From Ophelia neglecta (taxonomy: Eukaryota): a DNA stretch of 64,000 bases. How positions within the stretch are numbered: position 1 is the first letter of the stretch; the number at the start of each line of letters is the position of its first letter. The position numbers and the translations under genes were made by a program. The notes under the pieces were generated by a model that did not search any database, was not told the origin of the DNA, and was given only the letters and a program-made list of their open reading frames with translations. This document shows positions 25,358 through 40,431 of this stretch, one piece after another. Location: the NCBI GenBank assembly GCA_965285935.1, contig OZ260662.1, positions 30,318,001 through 30,382,000 on the forward strand, read 5' to 3'.

Positions 25358-28300
25358 GTATCAGCATGCAACTTTCAGTTTGCTTATGTATATACTGAAT
25401 ATATGTTTTGTAATCGAACTACCCCGATTTGACATTTGATACAAGCGCGGGTCCTCTGGCAGTGCTTTAGAATAGTCCTATTACAGCCAATGCCAGAGAC
25501 TACTAAAAGCTTTAAACTATCTTCGCCGAGGATGCCGAATGTGATCAGTGTCCCCTGGCGGAAATATTACTTCGGGGTGGTATTTATTTAAGAGTCGGTA
25601 TAAGCGTAGCGAAGATATTTAGAATGATGTTCTAGAAATAAACGGGTCTTGTCTAATCCCTAAATGGTGTTTGTATTAGACTGAAGTATAGCAAAATCAC
25701 TCTAGTTTTAGTCTCGAAGACATTGATTAAAATCTCAACAAAATAACGTGACAAAACGTTTTAGGGAACTGTTAAATATTAATATTAATTGTGATAGGCG
25801 GTGTAAAAAATCATAGGATGAAGTAAACTGAAGACATCAGGTGATGCATCAAACACAAAATTGGGTATTTTGTAACATAAAACAAATCATTTTCTCTTGC
25901 CTTGTGCAACATGCGCAAGATATTCGCTTATATCGCGTATATATTGATAGATCACACATTCAGGGTTAATATTTCCATGCCCTAGCATACACAGGGTCGT
26001 CAGCATAGGGGAATACTTTAAATGAATCCGAAGCTAGCAGAACATTCCAATGGCTTCATTGGGATTCATTCCAGAACTTCGAAACCGTAAATGCTTATTC
26101 CAGGCATAGAACCAATGTAAAAAAATGACAGGGTAAGCAATACAACATTTCCGATTTGTTTTTGTGTGTTGGAAATCCAGACTTATAATATCGCATGGTC
26201 ATGAACAAAGCTATGTTATACTTTCCATAAAAGCCACATGCATTGTACATGACGTATATTCAGAACTCACTCCACCTATATATCATTTGTTATGTCATCT
26301 TATATCTAGCATATTTTATATAGATTCACTGGTGCAGACCTGTGAGAGACGAAACGTGCCGGACAGTGTGTCTATAAACTAGCACCGTGCCTTTTTGTCT
26401 AATACCTGGGGTGACATCGAAGTAGTACTTTAAGCAACGCCTGTTGTGCACTGAAGAGGTAAAAGCACATACGACTATTTACATATCGATGTAACAGCCC
26501 AAATTCATTAGTAACCGTTTCGTCTAACATATCATAAAACACAATAAGGGTTAGAATGCTATGAGTACGCTATGTGATATACTAACATTACATTAAGTTT
26601 ATCTTTAACTGAATCATATGTTCTTTCCACACAAATATATAGGTAACGTACGTGAACGCTTGTTTCTTTTTTTTAAAGGCTTGTTTCTATTTTTGTTTTA
26701 AAGTATGTATAAAATTTGTGGACGATTTAATTGTAGGCCTATTTAATTTCTTTCGGTATCCTATTCAGTTGAAAACACGAAGTTGAATAAGAAATTTCCG
26801 GCAAGAAAGCTATGGAACTTACTATTCACTTACCATCAGTTTACCATTTGTTTATCGTCTACAAACCCCTAACCCGCCCCTATCTCACATACCAGTCATA
26901 TATATGCAACCACATATGCAACAAGTAATGCAGCCAACAAGCTGGTGACAGTCTAGTTAATGGAATGCATGCCCAGTTGTGATGATCCAGCACACTCTGT
27001 GGATCAGCTAACGTTGTATACTCCTATCAAGCAGTTGGGATCTGCCACTGCCAGTGCCACGATCACGTCAGGTACAAACTGGATGAAGTATATATGCAAT
27101 AGGTGTGCATGGCATATGGAGAGAATTACCTGAGAGAAGAAATCTATAAATACCATGCATTCCTCTTTTTTAACATAAACTGGAAACACTTCCGTGTTAC
27201 CTGGCTTTCTAAAAATAACAGCATTTTGGTAACCTTAGACAAATATACAACGGCCAATCCGCGTGTATTGATAGATTTGTCCTATACAACCATTTGACTT
27301 TATTTGACTAATATATCAGTTGTGAAATGACTAAGAATATTTAATAGTGTTATGGGCCATATGGGGCGCTATACCTGATTCCATGCTACCCGTGCGATTG
27401 CAGTTGTTCATGTAATGGTGATTATTTATCTCCTTTGTACTTTGACAGTGCTGGACGACATGAAAAGTACTCTAAACATGCATTTGAACCAATAAAAGTA
27501 AAGGCCGCTTTGCACTCTGGGAAAGACAGGATTCATTTTATATTAAGAAGGAGCTTATGCAGCAGAACATGTATTGAAATGTGTGAATTCTTTATATCTT
27601 ATATATAACGCTTGAGTAGGGTGAAAATGAGAAAAAAGTGCAGACGTCTATTTCGCAATGGTTGCCGCTTCTTGCTGTTAACGAATCTAACTTAGGTTTA
27701 ACAATAAGCGTTGACCATATTTCCATATCCTTTATTTATTTAAAGAAATAAGCTATCCTGTCAGGTATTGCTACCGAGTTACGTCATCAAAAGGACTTGT
27801 GGCCGCCTGTCATATTCCCAAAAGAACTTTTATTTGGTTTACCTATATAATTATTTCATTATCACGTGTAAGCCATGCAGTGTATTTATGCTAGGTTACT
27901 AGGGGTTTTAATGGTAATGCTGGGTACTTAACCACGGATCATCAGTAAATTATACTCCCTTCACATCGGGCGTGGTGTGAATACCCTTGGCGTTTCTAGG
28001 TAAATTCCCTACCTTACCTAATAAATTATTTTTATCTGACTGTTTTCTTGACACACTGGTCACGGGCCATGTGTTTTAAAGGTCTGATAATCCACTGGGT
28101 AAATGAAGCTTTGAGCAGCCCTACGCATTATCCGCTACCTACCATTCACGTGACTGGGCATTCTATGCCTGTATCAGGTCAACTTATCGATCTTCCATGA
28201 CAAGAAAAGGGCTCCCAACCAGTCAATGTTTGAGCTAACCGTTAACAATAGCCTTTCCATTGATACTATATCAGATTGTCTCGAGAGTAGATCATGTTCC

Positions 28301-31031
28301 ACGTTATATCCGTGACATGAATAGTTCTTTGACAATGCACAGTGTACAAAATGTGGTATTGACAATGATTTCCCTGGAATACAATAGATGAATATGTCCA
28401 TTATGTTTATTATACGTGAGTGTCAAGATAAACACTCCGTGTTACTCAATATAAAATAGGCTATCTTACCAAACTGACGGCCTTTTCAGAATGTTTTGTG
28501 TTCCTGGGCAATCACTTTACTTGCATCATCATATTCCGCATAAACATTCCACCGCGTTATAAAAATGAGTGTTACTTTAAAATCTAAACTTTTATTCCTA
28601 CACTATACACAATTCGGGTACTTTTGCCACGCCCTCGTTTAAGGGCAACACCTATCAATTGACGTTTGAGTAATGCTTTTATACCAGTGTGGGCCCGTGG
28701 CTGCTGGGCCCTGGTGATTTCGTTAATTTTTGATGGATTTTTTGTTTTTAAATCAAAATAAACTTTAATTTACAAATCATAAAGTTCCATACTGTCTATG
28801 TTTTTTATCAGCCGGGTAAAAATTATTACCAATTGTAGTCACTAGTCACTCAAGCCTACCGGATTCAACTTTGCCGTTATTGTTAATGTTTTTGTTAATG
28901 TTCTTTTAACTTCACTCTTCCAAAGTGAACTCAAACAGAACAACCATTCATTATAAACAACAACGTAACCAATGCCATGCAAAGCTTCGAAAGGGGTTAT
29001 GCTATATAGGGAAATTAGTGATAATTTCGTTATAAAATCAATATAAATAATAATATAATATCATGGTAATAAAGCGAACTGTTTGCGAGGAAAAAAACTT
29101 TCCTTAGTCGTAATTTTGGTTGTGGTTCCATAGTTTATCATGACCCTATTTCTCCTCTTTGCTGCTTCAGGCAGTGAAGAAATCATGTTAATCTGGTTAA
29201 AAGGTAACACCCTATTTAACCTGTGAATCTAATGGCAAACCAAAAGTCTCAGAAGAGCTTTTTCACTAATGCTTGGAAAATAAAACCATTATCCTATTTC
29301 GTCTGAATATTCTGGAGACCTTACGAAACACCAATCATGGCGACACTTTCAGGCAACATTGAAAAACATTCTCACCTGACCGTTCGGACAAACTGATCAT
29401 GAAATGCTGTTTCGTACTCCCTAAAATTAACTTATTATAGTATAAGGTTGTCTTATGCAATATCCAGGGACTGGCAGAAGTGGGTCATAATTCAGATGAC
29501 CTCGCATGCTACCTTAATAATCAGGTCAACGTATCGATCGTCCATGTCATGCAAATAGCTCTTGATAAACTAGTCAATGCTAAACCACCTCTATATCAAT
29601 ATCCTTATGTGACTCCCATGTAGAGATTAGGTCGCGGTACATGAATAATGCATTTTTATATATTGACGCTGAATTCTTAAGGGTAAAAATGATGCCTCGT
29701 GCTCTATGAACGTGAATGTGCATCTAATAATAACCTAAATTCTTCTAGATCAGTGGGCATTATTCAGTAAGCATCAGTCAATGGAGAACATTGCAGATCG
29801 ATGTATATGGACACCTGACTGTTTATCTCAAAGCAAATGATATAAAATTTTATTTTTGGTATTATTATTTATTTCCTTATAAGTTTATTTTCACTTCAGA
29901 ACTCTAGGGAATGATTTAAACTGTAACTGAAGGTTCTTTAAGCTTTCGTTTTATTTAATGTAATGAACTGTTCCTGATTTATGATATGACTTCTGCTTGG
30001 TCTATACCCACTCTCGTTTTCACTCAAAGAACATTACATCTTCAAAGTGGAGTGTCATAACATGAAAATTACGTTTCTTCTATCATTTTTCCTATTCAGG
30101 TACATACTGTCATTGTTTTTACTCCTTAAGCTTGTCAATAAAAACACTATAATGGATTCAAATTACAAAGTATTTAATTCCGCTCACTTATGGTTAGGAT
30201 GAAAAAAAAACTGTCGTCAGTGTCTAGGCTTTGTTTTTATTGTTCTCCATGCATTCTGATCATCTCGTTTGCATCAATTTACATTCACTCTTCTGCTTTT
30301 GATGCGAGAGCATGGTCCTAAGGGTATATTTCTCCACGACCTGGTTTGGCAGCTGATCGCCCATTTCTTCGGCTTTCGTCATCGTTGATAAGAAGAGACT
30401 GTTTTGTTTGTATTAAATGCTATGCTTCAACTGAAAGCATTTGAAAATTTTGTGATTAATGAAACATGTTTCAGTGATTTCAATGCTTTGCATTTGTCTG
30501 TCTTTGTCCCGGACTATTATAACCTCATTTGACGGTAAAAGATGCCAACATATAATGATTACTATTTTTTACCTATAAAACTAACGTGAAAGCTACTTTT
30601 TCAGTATACCTAAAAATTCTCTAATCTTAACAAAATTATAAATGTTTCTATCTTTGAGATAATGTAATGAAGCTCTGCGGAGTTGCCAATGCCAAAAATA
30701 TTGTTTCTATAGCTAGGGTGTTTCAATCATTTCTATGAAGGACGCTTCGTGCGGCGAAAAAAAGTCCATTGGCTCAGTACTTTTTTTTTCTGAAAGGTAA
30801 AATTCTGGATTACGGAGACATGCATGTTGGTTCAGCAACTGGACAAGACGTGCTGCTTCAAGAAGTATCTTTCATGTTTATATTGCAATGCCATTGACCA
30901 GTGCTTAGTATACCTAGTAATAAATTACACTATCTCTGATTCACCCATTTGGAATGTAAGAATTTACAGCGGTACAGCCGTATAATTACTTAATCAGAAC
31001 GATCCCGCTAGCCTACCGGACCAGTTTTGGA

Positions 31032-31255
31032 GGCTTTGTGTTAACAGCGAAAGCGAAAGATGCGGCGAAAGCAGCATTGGTAGCACAATCATCTATAATA
31101 TCCGTCATTTTATAAAAAACCCTTACCCAAAGATCTCGGTTTTGTTCTTGATACAAGGGGGTAATGGTAGGGTTATTAGTGTGATTAAGCTAGCTCATTT
31201 AAAAAGGCACAGCTGCTTACGCCGCAGCTTTCGCTTTTGCCTACAACACAAAGCC
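31032..31255. mobile_element. 224-bp MITE with ~44-bp terminal inverted repeats (GGC... ends, possibly PIF/Harbinger-type)
   Basis: 31032-31075 GGCTTTGTGTTaacaGCGAAAGCGAAAGATGCGGCGAAAGCAGC versus reverse complement of 31212-31255 GGCTTTGTGTTgtagGCAAAAGCGAAAGCTGCGGCGTAAGCAGC. No clean TSD. Confidence 0.7.
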
Positions 31256-34200
31256 AATTAAGGATTAACTCCGGGAGGGGGGGGGGGGGGGCGAGAGAGC
31301 CTTATAATGATGGCATTACTCTGACCTGGCCTTGCAGTTTATCTTCCCGTGATTTGCATGAAGAGGATTCATGTGCATCATCACCCGAATTACGGTTCGT
31401 TTTCGGTAAGAGACTATGTCAAAAGCGGGGGGGGGGGGGGGGGGGGAGGGTGGATACCCGGCAGACTATTATCAATTAAAACGCTCCGAAATCATCATTA
31501 AGCAGCAGCCGCAGCTTCACAACAGATAAAGGCAAGCCATTGGTCAAGAATAGTCCATTAAATCCTTACCTATCTTTGGAACAATTGAACAAAGCAGCTT
31601 AGTCTGAAGATTTCTTTCGAAGTTTACTATTTAAGAATGATCCCAACTGAACAAGCCGCAAAGGCGATAGGTTGTGGACAAACTTGCATGGAAAACAACT
31701 AACACAATTTACCTAAGCTAATTTTACCATACACCGTGATTACATTTTGTACATATCACGCAAGAAATCTAGTGTGTTTCGGATAGATAGCGTCAATTCC
31801 TATCTGTCAAATCTTATTATGTGAATAAAAATAGAAGAAAAACGATTAAAACGTCATGAGTTTCGTACACCCACTGGATCATTTACATTCAGTTTATTTT
31901 ATTTTCTTATACTGTCGATACGATGTAACAATTTTTTTTTTCCTTTTGAATGTAACCAATTTTTTCAGCCGTCTTCAAGAATGTGTTTATCGAGACAAAT
32001 CCATCAATACAGAGCATAGACGCGCTAAGGACATTTTAATGTTTGTTGTACATTGACATATTATTAGGTTATTGGGTGGTCTGAGCCTCATAACAGTCTC
32101 ATTGTAAGTTATATAATATTGTTTTCATTATTGTGTTTTATTCGTCAGAGAAATCTTTATTGCTAGAGAATTGAATACAGATGTAAATTGTGTGCCTGCA
32201 GGAGACGATTGCTGGTGATTTCACTCTATTTTAATGGCATGTTCGTTATTACCGATTTCGATTTGTCTGTTGAGTCTCCACCGTTTGATATGGATGCTTA
32301 TTGTACCAATACTAAAAAACATTTATATGTGGTCCAGTGAAATTAAATGAACCAGTCTAAACTGCGGCACTAAAAATAAAAACCCTTATCCTTAAAATTT
32401 ATGTACTTTTCTTATAGTGTTTGGAAACCATACAGCCACGCCATTTATCAAATGCAAGGGATGGGGCATATTGTATTTAGAGGTATATTGAAAACATCTT
32501 AAATACATTTGGAATAGAACACTTTATTTCGCGTCCACCAACTCGTTGCTCGATTTTATTAGTAACGCTTAAAGCATCTGCATACGAATTTCATAAAATG
32601 TCATAATTTGTCAATATATGTTTGTTTCAAAACCGTTTCGCCTCTTCTTGAAATGAATTATTCTGGTTTTATAGTTATTTCATTAACATGAGAAACTAAA
32701 TTTGCCTAAAATACTAAGCCGAGCAAAGAATCCAACTACAATGAATTTTTATGTTGCTTATTAAATATATTTTTAACTTGTAATTGAATGATATGGGACT
32801 AGTTATTTTTAGGATGATACATCTGAAATGTATAATGTAAATTTAGTCCTAAATTAATCAGCAGCCAGTAACATGGTCGATGTAAATGAATAGCCACGAT
32901 ATTCAGACTACCTCTTGTGTTATAAAAAAATAAGAGGGCGATGTGTGAAAGACAATTTTAAACCAAAGAGAACATGGCTTAATAGTCATTTGTGTTCGAA
33001 AAACTAAGTGCCATTTCATTAGGCCCTACCTAATCACAAGAAGTGCCAGAAACACATTGATTGCCTTTTTGTCCATACTGATTTATTATTCCAATTTTTT
33101 TCAATCTGGTATTCCGAATTCAATATACGTAAATTGTTTAGTTAGGATTCTCCTCAATATATACGGGGAAATTCAATTCAAGTGATTTTACCTCAACTGA
33201 TTCATTGTGTTTAATCTCCTCAGTGTAATAACTAAGGTCCTGAGATGTAATCCTAGTATCCAGGATTTTTATGCTCAAATCAGTGTGCGAACTTAGTGTG
33301 AATTTCTGTACTATGTTACATCTACCCATTTTTGAAAGCCTTAACATTATGAGCATAGTATTACACTGTTGGCGGCTCCTTCAGCATAAAGTCGGCATAA
33401 ACCCACCTAATTAATTAAGGAGTCCGTTTATGTGAATGTCAAGATTTAGGGAGTTCATTATGATTTGCGAGTAAAATGCAAATTTATGAGATGACAAGAC
33501 ATAAAAGATTTAAACTGCCAATGTAGTGAATAGAACATCTATTCGCCTAATATCGCATGCATCGTCATATTAAAAAATAAGACTGTCACATCCGATTAAA
33601 GGGACAGAAACGCCTCTCAGATTGTCGTTGATCACGACACCAATATAGTATTCCCTGGTCACCTGCAGTAAAGATGGTACGCTAAGCGCTGTATTTGAAT
33701 TATTATGCTATTTGGTATAGCTAGTACGCAAGAAGTGGCTTATATTAAGAGGATATAATTTAAATTCAAAATACACTAAGGTTTTTCCCTTCTACTAATC
33801 ACATGGGTGATTTAGTTTTATAACCCAGAAAATGACTCAAATGGAATTTATTACACACTGTAACAGCCAATGGGACAAATAACCTTACTCAACTGAGAAA
33901 AGGTCATAGCTGCAAATACGACACAATGATGCACAGCACATATAAGTCGATATAACATATTCACACCTGTCGGTAGCTCATTAATTTAGGATTTCGTACT
34001 TGGGTATGAGAGATGGATACCTCTTACTGGCTATGACCAAAACATTGCCAATAATTCAATAATACAGTTGTATCTGCGATACTCCAACAAGAGGTTAATT
34101 ACACATAACTTCTCTGTAGAACAAATAATACAATGAAATGGCGATGGGTCTGGTTATTTATGGGATTCCCCAGATTTATTAACGTAATCCGGAACATGGT

Positions 34201-37200
34201 ACACTAGAGTGTTTCATGAATCATCAGGACTATATTTGATAGATCTACCCTAGCGTACTCTAGTATGCTGGCTAAGTCGTCCCTGCGGATGTGCGCATAC
34301 CATATCTTTGGCATTAGTGGCCATAACATTGGCATTTATGTAGACCCTAAAGAGACTTCGGTAGAAACACTCGGATTTATATCAAGTAATAGTCAATTAC
34401 GCTTGATTTGATATCAACATTTTGGCAATATTAAATACCAACAAATTGCAATAATCAAAGAATGTGGCACTTATAGTTTCATAATTTCTGTTGAAAACAC
34501 CTCAAATGGTTTTGCCATAATAAACAAGATATTAGCACAAAAAGGGAGCGCTTTAAAGTAAATCAATACCTAGCGCTTAGTGTTTATCTCGAGAGCTAAC
34601 ATTGTTATGTTCCCTTCTTGGGGCCAGCTACGGTATTGAATGTTAATTTAAAGTCCAATATGATTCCGGTTTGATGCTAGTGTCATCCGGATAGGTGTAG
34701 CGATGAAATGTTTACCTAAAAAATGGAGTGTATACCTGGAAGACAAAGCAAAGTCATGATATTAATCAGGTATAATTCATTCAATCAGTAAGAAATCATA
34801 ATAATCCCCCAGATGCAAGCCCAAACATATAGCCTATATACTGCGCCGAAATATCGTCTGATTTAATGACTTGATAACTAAATATGCAAAAACATGCAAA
34901 TATATTTGGAAAGAGATACGAACGAATGAGTATTACATTATTACCAATAGTAATTTAGTGGAAGAAGGCAAACCTTACATGGCAAGGCGGCTTATATGCT
35001 GCTTACAAAACCTAAATTTAAATAATAAGATGTATAAATGGCTACATCATGAAATGTTTGGTGGATTTAGACGGCCTAAAAGGTAAAAAGTGACACGGTT
35101 CTTCCTCAGCGGACCCTTGAAGGCGCGTTAATGGTCGATGCAATAAATGCTTGGTAGAATAATTAAAAACACATTAATACTAGCCCACAGAATTTAATAT
35201 CAATATCTTTTTTGCTTTTGAATGCATTTATGTTTGACTTAACAAAACTCGCAAGAAGATATCTTCATATATGTTAAAACAAAAAAGTCTTTGTTTATCC
35301 TCTGAACAGAATAAAATTAACAGGGAGCTGTTTGACGTTATTTAAATGAAACATTCTTTCGCATTTTCCACGGCTACCATATAATCTGTTGGAATTGCGT
35401 ATCAACACATTGGCACAATCCAAAAATGATTCATGTTTCATCGTATACGCCATCTCCTGAGAAAACCATTACTGATGAAATAAATAAACAATTCAACAAA
35501 TTCTTGTGTCCATCATGAGCTGGCACTAACTTGTCAAAGAATAATGAGATCCTTGTCAGCTAGGCAAGCATACGTCTTATCTCTGTTCAACATAATAGCA
35601 ATTTTCTGCATTGTGGATTTTACCCGAAGCTAGAAGGTACGCATCTGGACATACACAAAACGACTTCGAGACATTTGGCCTTTGTAAGTGTTTGTGCTTT
35701 CTGTCTGATTAAAAAAAGACACGGAATAAAATATATCTGAGAGACACACTGGGTATGAACACTCATTTGTATTTATTTAAGCACTTCATTTTGTTGAAAA
35801 ACGGACACTCTCCTAATGTACTCTAAACATATCCCCAATTAGTATATCCCGATACACCCCATCTTTACTATGCGAGTTATTGTGTAAGTAGCTCAGAAAG
35901 ACTTTGATAATAGGGGAATCTTTTTCCTTAAGTCATTCAACTTGCTTAACATGGTATTCGTCCATACACCACATTTAGTTGACTTAGTATTTTCATTTAA
36001 GCAAAAATGCATAGCTGATTGCCCTATCTAAAATATAACTGACGGAGCTAAGAATGAGTTGCACCAACAAAACAGGGTTGTCTGACCTCAAATTATCAAT
36101 ATGAGAATGTCAATGTGCCAGTAAACAATTATTAGCTTGGAGGTAACACAACAATGTGTTCTAGTGCCGAGTTAAATACAATTGGAAGTCAATATAACTT
36201 AAATTAGTTTCTCCATAATAATAGTTGCCTCAGCATTAATACCTAGTTGAATGAATCTATCTTTTTAACAGTGAAGTTTTATCATGGTGGGTAGGGAGGG
36301 CACCCCCTTGTGACGCATTTATGACATCGTCTCTGAAATACCCCTATAGAAACTTACCCAAAACGGCCTTGTTCAAATGCACACCATGTCCCAATTGCAT
36401 CTCTTTCTCCCCTATACTATGGCTATACTGTTAATCTCTCACTGCGACGAAACCGAAAACATGGAGCCAATTTATATGACCTGAGTATTAAACTATCATG
36501 ACACAGACAATGGGTTCTATTGTTTTAAAGAGAAGGTTATTATGTTTATGAGGGAAGCCACCGCACAGGGCACTCCCGATAAAAAACGAGGACATAATTA
36601 TGATATATATCATTTTTGAAAAGTACCCACCTATCCACTGATTTTCTGGCAAAAAAAAATCACCCTTTTTTCTGGAAAACGCTGATTTAATCCTTAAAAA
36701 CACACCCAATTTTCGGAAAACATTAACTTTTTCAAATGCAACTCTTTTAATATAAGAAAAGTTTATGTTTAATAATTCCTTTTGGCCAGGTGATTCGACA
36801 GGACAAAGAAATATATTGACATTATGAAAACCACCATGGACTCCTTCTGACCATTCGTTACCTGTTGGAATGAGGCTTGGCTGAAAAAGTGCCATTTTTT
36901 TCAAGAAATTGGTGACGTTCATTCGTATCATTTTACTCAGGAAGTGCAGACCCAGAGGCAGCCGAGAAACTTTGGGCAGCTACTAAATTGACATTTCCCA
37001 GGAAACAGTATGACAAAACTGAATCGTACAGCTTGAAGATGGTCGTAAATATCTCGGCCAATTTTGAAGGGACGATATATTTCGGATGATTTATAGTGGC
37101 TTCGCCACACAGGAAAATATTGAGCTGCAGTACACTGTGTATCCTTGTCTGGGTACTGGCGTATATTTGTATGATGTTTATTCAGATGACCCGAGGTGTA

Positions 37201-37610
37201 CTGTCTAATCATTAGGTAAAGGTATCGATCTCGCATGGTTATACAAAGGAGACTACAAAAGTCAATGTTTAACCAACCTCTTCACAAATTACAGCCGTTC
37301 TTTGTTGACATTCTGTGTTATTTTGTCTGCCATCACCGAGAGCTATTCGATCGCCTGATCAATATGTTAGTCATGTAAATTAATGGCAATTTTTATATTG
37401 ACATTGGATTACCTAGATTAAAGCGGATAAATGTTGTCATACATTATGTATTAAGGGCTACATAAATATGTGTATATATATAAACGGAGCCCAGTTGTGC
37501 TGCTGTGATACAAAAAAAGCCTAATAGATGATGTTATCGTCCATTGTGAAATGACCAGTATAAGCAAAGTGCATGATATCAATGTCCATATCTTTTTTTC
37601 AAACCATTTG

Positions 37611-38830
37611 AGTATTTTGGTTTCAAAGTATCAACGTTGTTGCCTAATAAAAAAAAGTGATCCAAAATTATGTATCAATGTCATATTACTTTGGCTCAGG
37701 TATAAGGTTTTTTTTTCAGTGGTGACAACAGGTACAATATACAATACATATTAGCCACAAAACTATTGCCTACCAAGCTGTCAGTGTGATGTGTGGTCGC
37801 CGAGTTTAAGAACATGGGTTTACATTGTGTCGATGAAAACATGTGTTCAGGGGCCACGTGCGACATGATCCTAAGTGTGGTATTCCATATCACACATATA
37901 TTTTATGAATATACTAAATGTAGACGTGTTCTGTTTCGGACTGTTAGTAGTACATGTTTAGATCAAAACAGACATCATGATTGATACTACAACACTTTAC
38001 ACGACTATTTAAACACATTTATTAGATTACTGCAATAATATTTACGCTCTTTCATACTATCATTCAGAGATTTGCTTAATAATGTAGGACTGGTGCCCGC
38101 TGCTCTGATTCGGATAAACCAGTTTGACATTGAGTGATATTAGCCTAATTCACATTGTCCAACATCGAACTTCTCTAACACGATATGTCTCGTTATATTT
38201 GAGTGGTTCCAATTACCGGATATTGTTTGCTTACCCGGAAGTGGCCGTCATTTGATCAGATTTGGAAACAATTTCAGTGCTTGTAATATGTATATAATAA
38301 TCCCATGCCCTTGTATCTGCTTGAAAGGCATACATAGGCTGGTATATAATAAAGAATGCTATACTTTTGCCGTTCCATACGAACATCCGACTCATTACAC
38401 TAGCTTTCCCATGTATCAGAGTATATACACTCTGTGACATTTGAGTAATGTTAGCATGCAGCAGTCTCCTCGCGGCTATACTCGTCTGTAAATGATAGCT
38501 AAAGCGGTGATCAGAAGATATGTGTGATATGGAATACCACAATTTAGATCGTGTCGCACGTACCCCCAGAACACAATGTTTTCATCGACACATCCGCTAA
38601 TATGAATGTATATCCATTTTCTTAAAGCCGGTGACTATACATCACCCTGACAGCTTGGTAGGCAACAGTTTTGTGGCTAATATGTATTGTAAATTGTATC
38701 TGTTGCCACGACTGAAAAAGGCCCTTATACCTGTGTCACAGTCACACAACAGTGATATATATATATATATATGTATGTGGATAACGAATTTTATCTGGCA
38801 GCATCATTAATATTTTAAAACCAAAATACT
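37611..38830. repeat. Long diverged inverted repeat (foldback-like): ~290-310 bp arms, ~620 bp spacer
   Basis: Arm 37611-37899 is the reverse complement of 38518-38830. Near-exact blocks include GTGGTATTCCATATCACACATAT, TGTCGATGAAAACAT, AATACATATTAGCCACAAAACT.TTGCCTACCAAGCTGTCAG and AGTATTTTGGTTT. The right arm contains an (AT)n expansion. Confidence 0.85.
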
Positions 38831-40285
38831 GCGGGAACGTATTCCTCCGTACACTGAAGAGTGTGTGTTTTACTTTGTGGCCGTTCTCTTTTTCCACGAG
38901 CTTGGTATTGATAAAGAGGCGAACTTACAACTCTTCGGTTGTGCAACATAAAAAACCTAGTGTAGAAGGTCAGGATATCAAAACAACAATTTTAAAGTAA
39001 AATTGCCTCGTTCTGTTTTCTGCATTCCGGCAGGAATCATACCGATCAATGATGGATTCAACCTTTTTCCGAGTCCGAATGTACCCAACGTACATCGCGC
39101 GGTGTCATTATAGCCCCCATATCAAGGCATTAGAGTGAAGGATCTTTGGACAGGATAATGATTTTTAGGGGGGGGGCAGCACTCGCCGTCGCTTCTCAGG
39201 CCACCACTCGTTTTAGTCACTGTCCCGAGGCTCTGGGATGCAAGTGGAAGTCTCTGTACAAAACCTAGTCTCCCCTTTTTCTCTGGAATGGAACACCAGC
39301 CCTGGGCTCTCTCAGGGAGAAGCCCCCCCCCCCCTCCACACACACACTAGCTAACCCTAAATCGGCCTTGATGAACAGAGCTCTGGCCGGCTGTTTATTT
39401 ATTTCACACCTCGACTCAGGTGGCATTCAAGAGGTAGGTTTTCGAAGGGAGAAATCACGTGCTGAGCGCCAGCAAAATATAAAAAACGCGTAAACCCGAC
39501 GCTCGTACGCACACATTGAGCCAATTGATGTACGCCAATAGTGTGTTTCTATAGAAACCGTTAATATCAATATGTGCAGTATCCATGGTCATCGTTGTTT
39601 TATGTTTTGCGAACAAATGGTCTTATATCAATGTTGTGTTTTTATTGCACTTTAGAAGGATTGTCACTAATCAATATTGATTTGTCCCTGATAAGGAGAC
39701 TTATATATAATAATTTATTTATACGCATGTGATAATTCGGTAAGTATACTATATAGTGCAAAAAAATGATAACCAACTATCAAAACATTATTATAGCACA
39801 TTGTGAACACCAGCCCAAGCCACGCTGTCAACACATGCTATAATTTACCCTTAGAATGGTTTCGTATAATTGGGCTATCGGTTCATCTTTTTTCTCTAAT
39901 TGCTCTTGTATCACTTAATAAGTATGTACACATAAGAAGTGGGATTGAAAATTGGGATGGCCTACATCAGGGATATTAAATGGAAAAATTCACTTAGTAC
40001 ATAATAACATGCTAATGATAATATTATTCTACGCAGCAAGCAAACATCTATTCGAATTGTAGCAATGTGCCAATGGATAACTTCCATTATGGTATCTTGT
40101 TTCCTTCTAGTTTTGATGAGAGACGAAGACAGACAGAGACAGAGCCAAATTACATTCATGTTCATTTGCTGAAATATCCTTTAAGATTATCAAACGCATA
40201 AGAATGTATTGGTGGATAGATAGGCCTATGGAGTTTTGTATTTAGTTCTTAGGATTACAACCTACTGTAAACGTCATATATCGTT

Positions 40286-40431
40286 TAAAATATCAGTGAC
40301 ACACTAAACTTTAAAAAGACATAAAATATCAGTGACACACTAAACTTTAAAAAGACATAAAATATCAGTGACACACTAAACTTTAAAAGGACATAAAATA
40401 TCAGTGACACACTAAACTTTAAAAGGACATA
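40286..40431 (+). repeat. Minisatellite, 36-bp unit x4 (TAAAATATCAGTGACACACTAAACTTTAAAARGACA)
   Basis: Four head-to-tail copies with no spacers. Units 1-2 have AAAAAGAC and units 3-4 have AAAAGGAC. Confidence 0.95.

Noticed and set aside
40286-40431. 36-bp repeats as a CRISPR array
   Set aside because: The units are contiguous with no unique spacers, there are no cas genes, and the context is eukaryotic.
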